Notes: generated from the letters alone by a model not told the origin. Counted from the stretch's first letter, positions 27,147 to 38,300 are shown. The stretch is DNA of 64,000 bases from an uncultured Planctomycetia bacterium (GCA_964352425.1 CAYGRZ010000004.1:2647-66646), one strand, 5' to 3'. Made by a program: numbers and translations.

Positions 27147-30100
27147 TTACATGGACCGCAGCGCGGCGAGCTCGGCCTCGTATTTCGCGTGGGCGTCGTT
27201 CAGATTGGCCGGCGTGATGGAAGCAAGCCCCTCGAGCAGCATCTTTACCAGGTCGTCCTTCGTGAACATCTCACCGTTGCTATTCCGCCCTGCCCGGTTC
27301 AGCGCCATAAGGATCTTATCCGGATCCCGGTTGAACCCGATATTGAGCAATATGTTATAGAGGGCGGTCGGCGACATCGGCTTCTCGACCTTTATGATTG
27401 CACTCATGGGCCCGTCGAGCACATTCTTCCTCTTTTCGTCGCTCTTCGCCTTCATCGCATCGTTCACTCTCTTGATGATGGGCTTAAGCCTCGTCTCGAT
27501 TGCCGAGAACGTGTCATTCCCTGTCGCGGCGACGATCGCGAGCTTCTTGCCCGACTTCTCCGCGTCTTTGATAATTTCATTGATCTGGTCTTCGGTATCC
27601 TGGTCGAGAAGATTCGTGCCCTTTCCCCTGAACTCCGTGACCGAGCCGCCGAGGTATTTATTGATGACGACACCGACCTTCTGGACGACCTGCTGGGCAG
27701 CGGGATCGATCGCCGTATCATAGAGGAGTATGATTTTGGTATTGTCGGCGATCGACTTATCGAACCACATCGGCCCGATCGTATTACGGAGAGCGGCCGC
27801 GTCGTCGTCCGCTTCCTTCCGGAGCGCGGCCAGGCGGCCCGCTTCCGCAGGCGTCCGGGCAGGCGGTTCCGTCGAAGCGCCTATACCGATACCCGACAGT
27901 TCCCCGGGAGCCGGAAGCGCCGGTACCGAGGGCTGCGGAGTCTGGCCTGCTTCCTCATCATACGCGGGTTCTGCCGTTTCAGGCTTTACCTCTTCGGGCG
28001 TTTGGGCCTCGAGTCCCTTAAGCCTCGCTATCTCCTTATCGAGCGGGGCGACATTGACCGCGCCCTCCTGGCGCAGGCGTTCGGTGACCTCTTCAGTGAT
28101 GCTGACGAGATCCGCCGGCGTCCTGCCCTCGAATATCGTGGTGAGCTTTTCGCTCGTATTGGACCAGCGCACGAGCGCGGTCCTGCCGTCCTTGAGCTGT
28201 ATCTTGAAGCCTGAAACGGTCACAAATCCATCGTCTTTGGGCTGTATCGTATAATCGTTCTCTTTTTTCGCGTCGCTATAGGCCTTAAGGTCGTTCTTGA
28301 ACCGCTCCTTCATCCACGCGCCGATCTTTTTCGCCGTGGCTATTTTGATAGCATTCGGTATATCGGCCGTCACCTCGCGGCTTGAATACGCGGGCGGGAA
28401 CTTATCGAAAAGCTCCGCAAGCTCGTAGCGCTCCTTGCCGGGCTGAAGCTTGAGCGCAGGCGCCTCATAACGGCTTATCGTCTCGCGTATGTTCATGAGC
28501 GTCACGAAGCCGGAAATGGCGCAGTCGCATACCCTCGACGGATAAGCCTTTGATATGTGGAAGAAGTTGTGGCCCGACGCCTCCGCCGTGAAGTACGTGC
28601 GTTTCAGATTGTCAAAATTCTTCATGAACGCCGCATCGTTCCTGAGTTCCGGCTTACCTGCCACGAACTTTTCGAGCTCGGCGATCCGGTTCTGCATAAA
28701 ACCGAGCTGCGGCGGATAACCCGTCGTGATGAAGTACCCTTCGATGATATTCCTGTCCGTTATGCCTGCCCCGGCCTGCAGCTGGGCGTTGATAGTGTTG
28801 ATGAGGTTTAAGAGCTTCGAGTTTGCCCTGACATCGCAGACGATCCTGATGGGCTCGGCACCCGTCTGCACAAGCCGCATCATGACCTCCTGATTAGACG
28901 GGTTTATAAGGAAGCGCTGGTAATACGGCAGCGTCATCTCGAAGGCCGGGATAGCGCGGCCGGTCTCGTCGATGGCCGATATCCTGTCCGCGTCGCCGTC
29001 GAACACCGCGCCGAAGGCGCGCGGGGTGATCGGGCTGACAGGGTTCGCGTTAATGAGCTTCACCAGCCTCTGCGTCGGCTCAAGGGCTTCCGGAAGCGAC
29101 GGGTCCCATATGCCGCGCCCCATATTGCCGTCGGGAGCCATGTTCAGCATGACGGCTATCCTGCGCGCTCCGCCGTCCCACTCTTTCTTTATTGCCGCAA
29201 TAAGATCGGGCTCTTTCGTCTTGTCCATGTCGATGATCTTGAAACCTCTCTTTTCCAATAGCGCCGTGATGATAGGCCCCGCGGCGCCGGCCCTCGGATC
29301 GATGACCACTATCTCGTCCTTGAGGGTGGCGGGAAGCGTCTCGTTCAGCATATTCACGACGTACTGTTCTATACCGCCCGTCTGGGTTACAGAACCGGCC
29401 GGCACATCGGTACGGACGACCGACCTCTGCTTATACAGGTCTGCGAGCTTCTCCGCATAAAGGGGCTCGAGGACCTTGTTGCCGAGATCGACCTTTATCT
29501 TGAAACCGTTCTTCTCCTTAGGGCCGTGGCTGCCCGAAACCTGGACCATGAACTTGTAGCCGCCGCTGTTCTCGGTCGCCATAAGGTTGTGCGCGCCTGT
29601 CGTGAGGAGGTCCGGTGCATATTCGACATTAACGCCCACCGATGAGATGCCGAGCGCCATGCAATACCTTGATATAGGCGTGTGAAGACGTATGTCGCCG
29701 GTAAGGAGCGCCTTGTCGCCCGGTTTCGCATGATAGGTGCCGAGGAGCTTTCCGACAAGGTACATGTTGGCCGGAGTAAGGTTGGCCTCGATGGTCTTGC
29801 CCATTACTTTGATAGGCTGGGCATTACCCCTGACGTCATACCCATTGCCGAAGCCGAATATGTCCTCCGGCAGCTTCGCGGTGGTTTCACTCAGGTTAGA
29901 TTCGAAATATTTGATGAGGTCCTGTTTCGGCATCGCGACTATCGTCTTGTATGCCTGCGGCAACCCGTCTATAGCGAGCTTGAAATTCGCCTCTAATTCT
30001 GACATTCCGTCTCTCATCAGGAGTGCCTTTCTTACATCATACGTGGACCATTTCGCCTCGATCTGCGCTTCGGATAATTTTCGATTTTCAATATGCGCCT

Positions 30101-33100
30101 TCTCATGCCTGAGCGCTTGAACTATTTTACCCACGCCATCGGGTAAAGACAAGAGATATAATAGGTCCTCCTCGTCCAGATAGGCGACGCGCCTGCCGAT
30201 GCCGGGATGGAATACCATGTCCGTCGCAACCTCACGTTTTTCAAGTTCTTTCGTAAGCCCTTTCACGATAACAACGCCGATGTTGATCGCCGGCAGTTCG
30301 GCCATGAGTTTGCTCAAGTTCCTTTCCTGAATCTCGCTGAGCTGCTGCGTAGGCGCGGAGAAGGGGATATCTATCTCACCCGGCCCGGAAAGGTCGGGCT
30401 GTTTCGCCAGGTAAAGGGTATAGACACTGTCTCTTGCGCGGAACCGCGCGCCGAGGGCCGCGTTCGCGCTTCTTTCATCTTCGTTTATTGTGCCGGCCGT
30501 AAGGCCCCGCGTGCCATGCTCGGCTTCCGTCAGGGCGCCGCCGGCCCCGCGTATCGCGCCGACGGCGCCGGAGGCGATAAGTTCGCTCTGCGGCGCCCAA
30601 CTGCCGAAATACTTTTCCAGCATCGAATAGTCGCCCCGGCTCGCAGCATCTAAATCCATAAGATTCTTTCTCCTGCGCTCATCGGTACGCTTATAGTTTA
30701 TCCTCTTTTGGGCCTGCGAGAACGTGAATCCGCCCAGGCCGGGGTTGGGAAGGCTGAAGAATCCCCCCGGCACATTCTTGACCTTGCTCCACACCAATTC
30801 GGGATCGAGCAAGATATCTGAATGTTCATCGCGGAGGGCATTATACACCACTTCCGCTATGTTATCTTTCGCCGTATCGCTGAGCGCGGACAGATGGAGC
30901 GGGAGCGCTTTGACACCGTCTTTCCTGACTTCATTGGGTATCCCCGCACCATTCGCCAAATACCATCCGAGCGTATCATTGATATTGGGATAGACATCCA
31001 ACAATACTGCCCACCTGCCCATATCGCTCAGATAGTCATTGATCATCGCCTTTATCCCTTTGTCAAATTTAAAAGGCAGGAAGATGGAGCTTCTTGAGAT
31101 CATGACATTGTACCCTCCGCCCGGGGTACCGATGCGGACCGTATTGACATTTTCATCACTGCGCACATTGATGCTCGTCGTGCTCACTTCAGGGAAGAAG
31201 TTGGATATCCTTATATACCCCCGCTTATAGGCGCCCCTGCTGAATGTCACCCTGTCCCAGCGGAAAGCGGCATCCAACACATGCGTCCTGGGCGGCACTC
31301 TCCATACCTTTCCCTTCGGGACGTAGATGGCAACGTTGGACATCACGATCCGGTCAGAGTCTTCCGGTATCTCTATGCTTCCGCCCCCTATTACGCGAAC
31401 GTTGTCTATAAGGTATACCGCATTCCTATTCTTCACTATCAGGTTCTTGCCGACCTCGAGGTTCGTATTGATGAGGTTCTGGTTGGATTCTTTCGGGATC
31501 TGCATACTCATCCGGCCTTCCGGATTAAAAGCGATATACTCGAATAATTGATGGACGGGCGTCAGGTGGCCCGTATCCTGCCAGATATGGCCTTCGCCGA
31601 AATCGAAGCAATACAGCCTCGTCCTGTCTTCTTTCTCAATGTCAAACAAGTTGTCAAACACCTTCTTCAGCTCACGCCAGTCATCCAGATCGATCTTCCC
31701 CTTTTCGCCGGCGATCTCAACGGTAGGCACCATCCCTTCCCACGTCTTCATATCACAGAACCTCGACTGGTAGGCCACGGTCATGTAGCTTACAGGAAGG
31801 GCATCCAGGCCGCAGTAATCTAAGTTGTACCTGGCAAGGGTCTTGCTATTTCTCCTAGAAAATTCCTTCGTTACCTTGACCGCGAATTCTTTGTGAAGGA
31901 TCTCGCCGAATGGGTTCTTATAAAGAGAACCCTTGTCTTCATTCAAATGCGCGATCTGGATGATCTTGAGGTCATCCTTGCACTTCTCCCAGAAACCGCT
32001 CATTTCATAGGCCCTGCGATGGCCCTTCGGATATGCGGTGTATATGCCGAGCTCCTGCAGGTTCTCCGCCTTGATGCGTTGCCTGATCTTCGCCAGCCCC
32101 TCGGAGTTAAGTACGTCCGAAAGCTTTTTCCTCAATGCCTCGTTTGCCATAATTGTATTCCACGCTTCTTTGAGATCACTCTTTCCTGAGATCTCCTGAA
32201 CCGCCTGATCCAGCATCTGCAGCTCTGTCGCTGTATCGATGAGCTGAACACGGGAACCTGAAGTGAGGACGGCGAACTTACCCGCTATCGCCGGATCCTG
32301 CAGAAGTTCCGGAAGATTTGACTTGCCGAGCCACGTGTAATTATCCGACGCGGACCATATCAGCACTTGATCCCGCAATTCTTTGGGCATCATCTTGAGC
32401 ATGGTGAGGTCGACTATGAGGTTAAGCATCCTGGCATCGAGCCCCCTGACAAAGGTCCAGAGGCCTGAATGGAGTCTCCCCAGGGTCTCATTCCCTGCGC
32501 GTGTCTTAAGACCGCCGTCCGTGATGACAACAACGATCTCATTGAGCATCTGCTTATAGAATGCCGCCCACTCATCGTCCGTCAATGAGGGAACCTTCTT
32601 CATCAGGAAATCCTCATACCTGGCGATACCCATCTTCTCCAAGGCGGCTTTATTAAGTTCAAAATACATGCGCAACATATTATTTGTGAACGCGGGGAAG
32701 TCGTGCTTGCGTTCTTCACTGTCCTCAACGGCGAGAACCGGCCGTATTCTGCCTTTCGATATTCTCAGAAGTTCGGCATCTGCCCTGGCATAGAGGTCGG
32801 GGGATTCTTCGTTCATCTGCTTAATATTGGTAAGCGAGTAGGCTTCTACCGTCCCCTCGTAGATCTGGTTCAATGTCGCGTAGACTTCCGCTATGAACTG
32901 ACCAATGTTCTCCACCTTGATCTGCGGGCTGTCCTTGACCGCGTCCCAACCAAGCCGTTTCTGGCCTGCCCTATCGGGTTCCGCTAGATCAGGCATACTG
33001 ACGCCACCCGCTGCTATGTCCCATTTGCCGTTGTTCTTATACGCGACAACTGATGGATTTCCTCTATTACGCATCATGAAGCCGTTCACCCTCTCCCACT

Positions 33101-35117
33101 CGGCCCAGTCAACTTGTGCTCCGCCAGAGAAATATTCGTCCGCCGGCTGCACTATCCCGATCTCCGGCGCCTGAGCAGCTAACGCGTACGTTTCGTTGAA
33201 AGCCCGCTTGAACGGGCTCGAGGACATGATAGCGTCGATGCGAGTCTTGCGCACCTCCGGCTCCACGTTGAGCGTGGCAGCCAGATTTTCGCACGCGACC
33301 TTGTACGCGTTAGACATGAAGTCCCTGTCGTGCGGGATATGTTGCTCGCTGGCATACTTGATCTTCTTCTGCAGCCATAGTTTCACCTGCAGGTAGACAG
33401 CTTCCTCTATAAACCTGTCCATCCTCCCTTTGAGGTAGGGCCCATAAACCTGTTCGAAGCCTTCGGGGTCCGCTTGCTCGAACGCGACGCCGTATGTCGC
33501 CGGCAGCGGCGCGAGCATCCCCTGCTTCGTATCCTGCGGGGCGCCGACGAGGATCTCCTCGAACGGCGTGCGCTGGTTGGTCAGTATCTGGATATAGTTG
33601 GTCGGGACGTCCTTGGTGATCGACGGGCAGACGACGATATATGAGACATCCTGTTTTTCCAGGAGCTTCGCGATGCCTTCCGAGTGGAACCCTCCGGTGA
33701 CGAGCACCGCTATTTTCTGGCCGGCCTTCTCCATACCGTTCAACGTATTTTCGACGAGCGCCTTGTCGCGCTTGATCGCGATATAGTAGAACTCTTCCAG
33801 CTTCGAAACGGCATCCGCGACGGTATCGCTCGGCTCATCGAGTTCGTAGGCCAGGCCGTACTGGATGATCTTGTCCTTTATAAAGGAGCCGAATGCCTCA
33901 TGGGTAAACTCCTCCTTGTGGGTCTTGTAATATTCGAAATCGTCATTGAGGAGCTTTATGCTGACGAGGCCCAGCAGGGTATCTATGTGGCGGGAAAGCT
34001 TCTCGAGGGTGCGCTGGTCGTCATTCTGGAAGAGCTTCTCCTTGATGGCCGTCTCCAGTTTTTTGATCTCCTTGAAGAGCTCTTCGTTCTCTATCTTTGA
34101 ATAGACGCTGTTGTAGATGATATAGTTGTAGAGGTTCGGGTAATCCTTCATCAGGTCGATACCGTTCCTGGTGGCGAGGTTCCTTACGTATACGTAGTAT
34201 TCGGCGGACGACACCTTGCCGACCTTGAACGCGATAGACTGGTTGACGAGTTCCGTGAGGACATCCTTGGTTATACGTTTCGACAGGTCATCGATGAGGG
34301 CGCTGCGCTCCTTGTCGGTCACGTCAAAATCGATCTTCTTCTCGTAGACAAGGACATTGATGAGCTTGAAGAGGTTATCGTACTCGCGCAGGTTTATCCT
34401 GTACTTCTCGGCCTCTGCCTGCAGAAAGCGGATATAGTCGTTGAACGGCAGCTTCTTGGATTCATATTCCGCGGCTTTCGCGTCCATCGCCCTGAGGTCT
34501 TCATTATAGATATAGCCTTTGAGCGTATTGAGGAGCGACTTGATCTGGTTAAAATATTTTTCGGTCTGTTCTTTGAGAGGATAGCTGGAGGTGAACGCGT
34601 TCAGGTTCTCGATGTAATATTCGCGCGTTTCGGCGCCGAAAAGCTTGATTGGAAGGTCAGTGGTGATCGAAAGGAATTCGGGGCCGGTGATCTCGCCCTT
34701 CTTCATGAAGTAGCTGGCGACCTCCTTGCGGACCTCGGCATCGGGGAATGACTTGAACCACGACGTGTCGATGAGCCCGTCCGCACCCTCAACCGATACA
34801 AAGCTCAAATTGTCGTTCTTTATCAGCGTTTCGATGATCTTCGCGATATTTGACTGTGCCTCGAAATTGCAATGGGCGTCCTGGATATGGACTATGAGCA
34901 TGCCGCTCTTTCCGGTGAACTTGGACTTGACGAGGCCGCAATCCCTCGGAATGATGATCTTTTCCGGATCGGTAACACCCTCTTTGGAGGCAGCCGTCTC
35001 GCTCTCAGTCCCTGCCGGGACCGCGAACGCTATGCTCGAAAGGACAAATGACTGCACGATCACGACGCTGATAATCTTCAATAATACTTTACGCGTGCGC
35101 ATTGATTCGATCACCAT
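27147..35117 (-). CDS. Giant multidomain protein (2656 aa): signal peptide, TIKI/ChaN/EreA-like N-terminal domain, sugar-1-phosphate nucleotidyltransferase-like domain, HExxH module, phosphomannomutase/phosphoglucomutase
   Basis: N-terminal domain: HIQDAH, VEGA, GAE, RD and GGFH. Nucleotidyltransferase-like: GGLKTR, FWEK and WQDTG. HExxH: HEKAH. Mutase: GYDVRG, GD.R, SGSH, FDGDADR, EASGH.FF and RWSNT. Confidence 0.85.
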   Translation of the reverse strand: MVIESMRTRKVLLKIISVVIVQSFVLSSIAFAVPAGTESETAASKEGVTDPEKIIIPRDCGLVKSKFTGKSGMLIVHIQDAHCNFEAQSNIAKIIETLIKNDNLSFVSVEGADGLIDTSWFKSFPDAEVRKEVASYFMKKGEITGPEFLSITTDLPIKLFGAETREYYIENLNAFTSSYPLKEQTEKYFNQIKSLLNTLKGYIYNEDLRAMDAKAAEYESKKLPFNDYIRFLQAEAEKYRINLREYDNLFKLINVLVYEKKIDFDVTDKERSALIDDLSKRITKDVLTELVNQSIAFKVGKVSSAEYYVYVRNLATRNGIDLMKDYPNLYNYIIYNSVYSKIENEELFKEIKKLETAIKEKLFQNDDQRTLEKLSRHIDTLLGLVSIKLLNDDFEYYKTHKEEFTHEAFGSFIKDKIIQYGLAYELDEPSDTVADAVSKLEEFYYIAIKRDKALVENTLNGMEKAGQKIAVLVTGGFHSEGIAKLLEKQDVSYIVVCPSITKDVPTNYIQILTNQRTPFEEILVGAPQDTKQGMLAPLPATYGVAFEQADPEGFEQVYGPYLKGRMDRFIEEAVYLQVKLWLQKKIKYASEQHIPHDRDFMSNAYKVACENLAATLNVEPEVRKTRIDAIMSSSPFKRAFNETYALAAQAPEIGIVQPADEYFSGGAQVDWAEWERVNGFMMRNRGNPSVVAYKNNGKWDIAAGGVSMPDLAEPDRAGQKRLGWDAVKDSPQIKVENIGQFIAEVYATLNQIYEGTVEAYSLTNIKQMNEESPDLYARADAELLRISKGRIRPVLAVEDSEERKHDFPAFTNNMLRMYFELNKAALEKMGIARYEDFLMKKVPSLTDDEWAAFYKQMLNEIVVVITDGGLKTRAGNETLGRLHSGLWTFVRGLDARMLNLIVDLTMLKMMPKELRDQVLIWSASDNYTWLGKSNLPELLQDPAIAGKFAVLTSGSRVQLIDTATELQMLDQAVQEISGKSDLKEAWNTIMANEALRKKLSDVLNSEGLAKIRQRIKAENLQELGIYTAYPKGHRRAYEMSGFWEKCKDDLKIIQIAHLNEDKGSLYKNPFGEILHKEFAVKVTKEFSRRNSKTLARYNLDYCGLDALPVSYMTVAYQSRFCDMKTWEGMVPTVEIAGEKGKIDLDDWRELKKVFDNLFDIEKEDRTRLYCFDFGEGHIWQDTGHLTPVHQLFEYIAFNPEGRMSMQIPKESNQNLINTNLEVGKNLIVKNRNAVYLIDNVRVIGGGSIEIPEDSDRIVMSNVAIYVPKGKVWRVPPRTHVLDAAFRWDRVTFSRGAYKRGYIRISNFFPEVSTTSINVRSDENVNTVRIGTPGGGYNVMISRSSIFLPFKFDKGIKAMINDYLSDMGRWAVLLDVYPNINDTLGWYLANGAGIPNEVRKDGVKALPLHLSALSDTAKDNIAEVVYNALRDEHSDILLDPELVWSKVKNVPGGFFSLPNPGLGGFTFSQAQKRINYKRTDERRRKNLMDLDAASRGDYSMLEKYFGSWAPQSELIASGAVGAIRGAGGALTEAEHGTRGLTAGTINEDERSANAALGARFRARDSVYTLYLAKQPDLSGPGEIDIPFSAPTQQLSEIQERNLSKLMAELPAINIGVVIVKGLTKELEKREVATDMVFHPGIGRRVAYLDEEDLLYLLSLPDGVGKIVQALRHEKAHIENRKLSEAQIEAKWSTYDVRKALLMRDGMSELEANFKLAIDGLPQAYKTIVAMPKQDLIKYFESNLSETTAKLPEDIFGFGNGYDVRGNAQPIKVMGKTIEANLTPANMYLVGKLLGTYHAKPGDKALLTGDIRLHTPISRYCMALGISSVGVNVEYAPDLLTTGAHNLMATENSGGYKFMVQVSGSHGPKEKNGFKIKVDLGNKVLEPLYAEKLADLYKQRSVVRTDVPAGSVTQTGGIEQYVVNMLNETLPATLKDEIVVIDPRAGAAGPIITALLEKRGFKIIDMDKTKEPDLIAAIKKEWDGGARRIAVMLNMAPDGNMGRGIWDPSLPEALEPTQRLVKLINANPVSPITPRAFGAVFDGDADRISAIDETGRAIPAFEMTLPYYQRFLINPSNQEVMMRLVQTGAEPIRIVCDVRANSKLLNLINTINAQLQAGAGITDRNIIEGYFITTGYPPQLGFMQNRIAELEKFVAGKPELRNDAAFMKNFDNLKRTYFTAEASGHNFFHISKAYPSRVCDCAISGFVTLMNIRETISRYEAPALKLQPGKERYELAELFDKFPPAYSSREVTADIPNAIKIATAKKIGAWMKERFKNDLKAYSDAKKENDYTIQPKDDGFVTVSGFKIQLKDGRTALVRWSNTSEKLTTIFEGRTPADLVSITEEVTERLRQEGAVNVAPLDKEIARLKGLEAQTPEEVKPETAEPAYDEEAGQTPQPSVPALPAPGELSGIGIGASTEPPARTPAEAGRLAALRKEADDDAAALRNTIGPMWFDKSIADNTKIILLYDTAIDPAAQQVVQKVGVVINKYLGGSVTEFRGKGTNLLDQDTEDQINEIIKDAEKSGKKLAIVAATGNDTFSAIETRLKPIIKRVNDAMKAKSDEKRKNVLDGPMSAIIKVEKPMSPTALYNILLNIGFNRDPDKILMALNRAGRNSNGEMFTKDDLVKMLLEGLASITPANLNDAHAKYEAELAALRSM

Positions 35118-35142
35118 AAACCCCTCTCTTATAATATATACA

Positions 35143-35154
35143 GTGAATATACCA
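35143..35154 (-). promoter_or_regulatory. TGGTATATTCAC motif (extended -10-like), copy 2
   Basis: Identical to 6618-6629; lies upstream of the AGAGAGGGG RBS of the 2656-aa gene. Confidence 0.45.
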
Positions 35155-35172
35155 TAGATAGCATATCAGTAC

Positions 35173-35276
35173 AATTTATGTAGCCCACCCCCGCCCTCTA
35201 AAAGGCTGCTTGGCGGGCCCTAAAGAAGGCGGAGGCGGCTTGGGGGGTAATCTCCATTTCCCCTGCTACATAAATT
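35173..35276. repeat. 104-bp MITE/REP-like element bounded by 12-bp perfect inverted repeats
   Basis: aatttatgtagc (35173-35184) pairs with gctacataaatt (35265-35276). The GC-rich interior contains aaggcggaggc, also found at 529-539. Confidence 0.6.
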
Positions 35277-35356
35277 CCGCGCTCAGGGGTGCTTGGCGGC
35301 TCCCTGACGCGTCAAAGATCAATATCAAACTGCTGACTCCCGAATGCCGACCAATC

Positions 35357-38300
35357 TTATGCCGAGCTACGGATCAAGGCTATGCCGTCCCAGTATGCCC
35401 TGAGCTCCGTTCCGTAGTTGAGCGGCAGTATCGGCGGCATGAAGTTATATATATCGCCATTCTTGGTGACGCCCGGAGGCAGCTGGCCTTCCGCGACTGC
35501 ACCCGTTACCATCAGGAAGAGCGCCTCGTACGAATTGATCGCCGGCACGACCTTCACGCCGTTCATCTCGATCTCTTCGGCGACGAGCACCTTTTCTCCG
35601 GCGGACGTGGGCTTTCCAAGTTCTGAGGCCTCTGCAGTGATACCGATATTGCCCATACTCTTCTCGTCCAGGCCTGCGGCATCTACTACATCCGCCCTGA
35701 TGTCGGCGTATGACCGGTCCTTCTTATTGATGAGTTTGATATCATTGACATTGCCCGTGTAACCGGATGCCGCGATAAAGGAGCGCGCTGCTTCCTCTGT
35801 CTTATATATATCTCCATAGATGAAGCAATTGACGACCTCTCCTCCGGCCTGTTTGCCTAGCGCTTCGGCCCTGTTCATGCCCTTGCCGAAGCGTATGTTG
35901 GACATGGCCATCTTCTCTGTCGTCGCCATGGCGAATTTCTTAACCGCGCTCCGGGCCATCAAGCTCTTGAGGGAGGAGGCGTCCGGAAGCTCCATAGGCC
36001 TGTATGCCTTCGTCTTCGTAGCGAGCTCGTCCCTCCGCTTCTCGACGATCGACGTTACTGTGTCGTGTAACCGCTGCCGCAGGGCAGGGTCCTTGGCTGC
36101 TGCCATGCTCGCTGCATCCAGGAGATTGTCCCAGTCCATCTTTTCTGTTCCCGGCAGCATGGCCTTGATCGCCTCGGCGATCTCCTGCCTCGTCGCATCA
36201 TCGATACCGGCCATCGCGAATATCACGTCATAGGCGCGGGCCAGCCTGATCGAGGCGATGTCCTGCTTGAATTCCGCGGATGTTATCTGGCTTACGGGCA
36301 TCGTACCGTCAAGGAGTATGCGGGCGGGGCTTCCTTCTGAAGCCATCTTCCTGAGCTCTTCCTCGCCCGTAACACTGACGACCCTGGTCCCGGTGCCGTA
36401 CGCGCGCCCAACCGCCTCCACCGTTTCGGCGGACGCGCCAGCCAGGCCGATGATGAATGCCGCAGCGCTGACTTTCGCCGGCTTCGGGAGCGGGAGGCCT
36501 TCGGCGGGTTCTTTCATCTCAACTGTCTCTTCCAACCGGTGTATGAGATCGCCGACATATCCTTCGCCCGATGGCTCCCGCGCAGATTCCATCATAAGCG
36601 CCGTTTTGACCGCCTGGTCGGTGATGTACCTTTCATTCACCGTCACGGGCGCAGGGCGCATCCTGTCAAGCTGTTTCCATATGACGTATGCCGCGGCGGC
36701 CGCGGCACCGATCGCAAGCACCATCCACGGCGGGAGCGCCAGATAGACGAATATCCCGAGAAGAATGAACGAACCGGCTTCCACGAGCCTCGGCGTGGTC
36801 GTCGTGGTGGTGGACTGGCCCATCCTCGCGGTGAACTCGGCAATAAATTCCGGCTCATTCTCTATCCTCTCGACGACGACCTGCGTCTTATTTCTGACGA
36901 TCTTATTGATCTCATCGTCCGTTTTCGCCTGCCAGTTTTCGAGCAGGTCGCCGCAGGCAGCGGCAGAGCACTGCCCCGCAACCGTCTTCAGCTCGGGTAT
37001 CATGCCGTATATGACGCCCGGTATCATGAATATATTATATTTTTTCTGCAGGTACAGGCTGAACATGAGCGTTTTATGATACCGCGCCGCGTCGCCGCAG
37101 ATCGTGACCGGCAACCCCCGCTGCGCTGCCTCTTTCACAACGCCTTCGATGATCCCGAGTATCTGTTTGTCATAATCATGGGCGGTGATCCCGCTCCTGT
37201 CCTTCTCCTTGACGCTCGCCGTCATGTCGTTCGAGCCGATACTCAGGAACCGTATCGGCACGAGCCCGTTATCGAGGATCAGCATGAGATTCTCGAACGT
37301 CAGGTTGCCGGCCTTGTCCATAACGAGGTCCCGGTGCTCGACCATGATGCCGATGGGCATCTCGTCCAGCAGCCTGACCACCTCCGCTTTCTCTTTGCGG
37401 GCACTTCTGAACATCTTGTGGTGCTGCGCGGCGAGTTCGTCCATGAACTGCTCGGTCTTTATCTCTTTCAGGAGGTCGCTGATGAAGACGATATCATCCA
37501 TCGTCTTCACCATCGGGAACATCATCCTCAGGTTGTGATAGTCGGATAACATCTGGGCCCGCAGGATCGCGGTTATCTGCGTCTTCAGCGCCTCGCGGCC
37601 TGTCTTCGTCCTGTAGTAATCGAAGCTGTACGGCTTGCCATTCACGCCGGCCAGGCGCTCCGTATCGGGCAGGGCGGGGCATGCTTTATCATCCTGCTTG
37701 TCGAACGTCCTTATCGTGACGGTCTTGTTGGCGAGATTCGCCAGGCCCATATACAGCCGCTCCTGATGAGCAGCGTCAGGCGCCTGGCTTCTGCCGTACA
37801 TAAATTCCGTCCTCGCCAGCGCATTGCCGTTCGCCCCGCTGCTATATGCCGTTCTCAGCGCGCCGAGAGCCCCTTCATCCTCGATGCCGAATTCACCCTT
37901 CTCGAGGTTGTAACCGACGTTGATGTTGGCATAGACCGGGGTTTCGACGCCGTCGAGGGTCCTGACCACCTCATCCGGTTCTTTACTCTGTTTGGAGAGG
38001 TAGTAATCTTTGAGCGCCTTCGCCCTTGCTACCTTGACCGCCATCGCGGCGCCCTGATCGCTCGTCGCGGGTCCGGCATAGAAGTAGGCCTCGAAACCGG
38101 CCTCCGACACGTAGAAAGAGCAGGACGCGTTCGTGTGGGCGAGCTTTGCCAGGACGATCTTCGGCGGGCCCAGCAGCAGCGTCGCGCCCCGCGCCGTAGC
38201 GACGAGGGCGGCATGCTGCGAGGTCGAGCCGCCGGACGAGACGAATGCCTTGACTTTGTATTTCTCCGTGAGCGCGCGCAGGATAAGCTCGTCTTCGATG

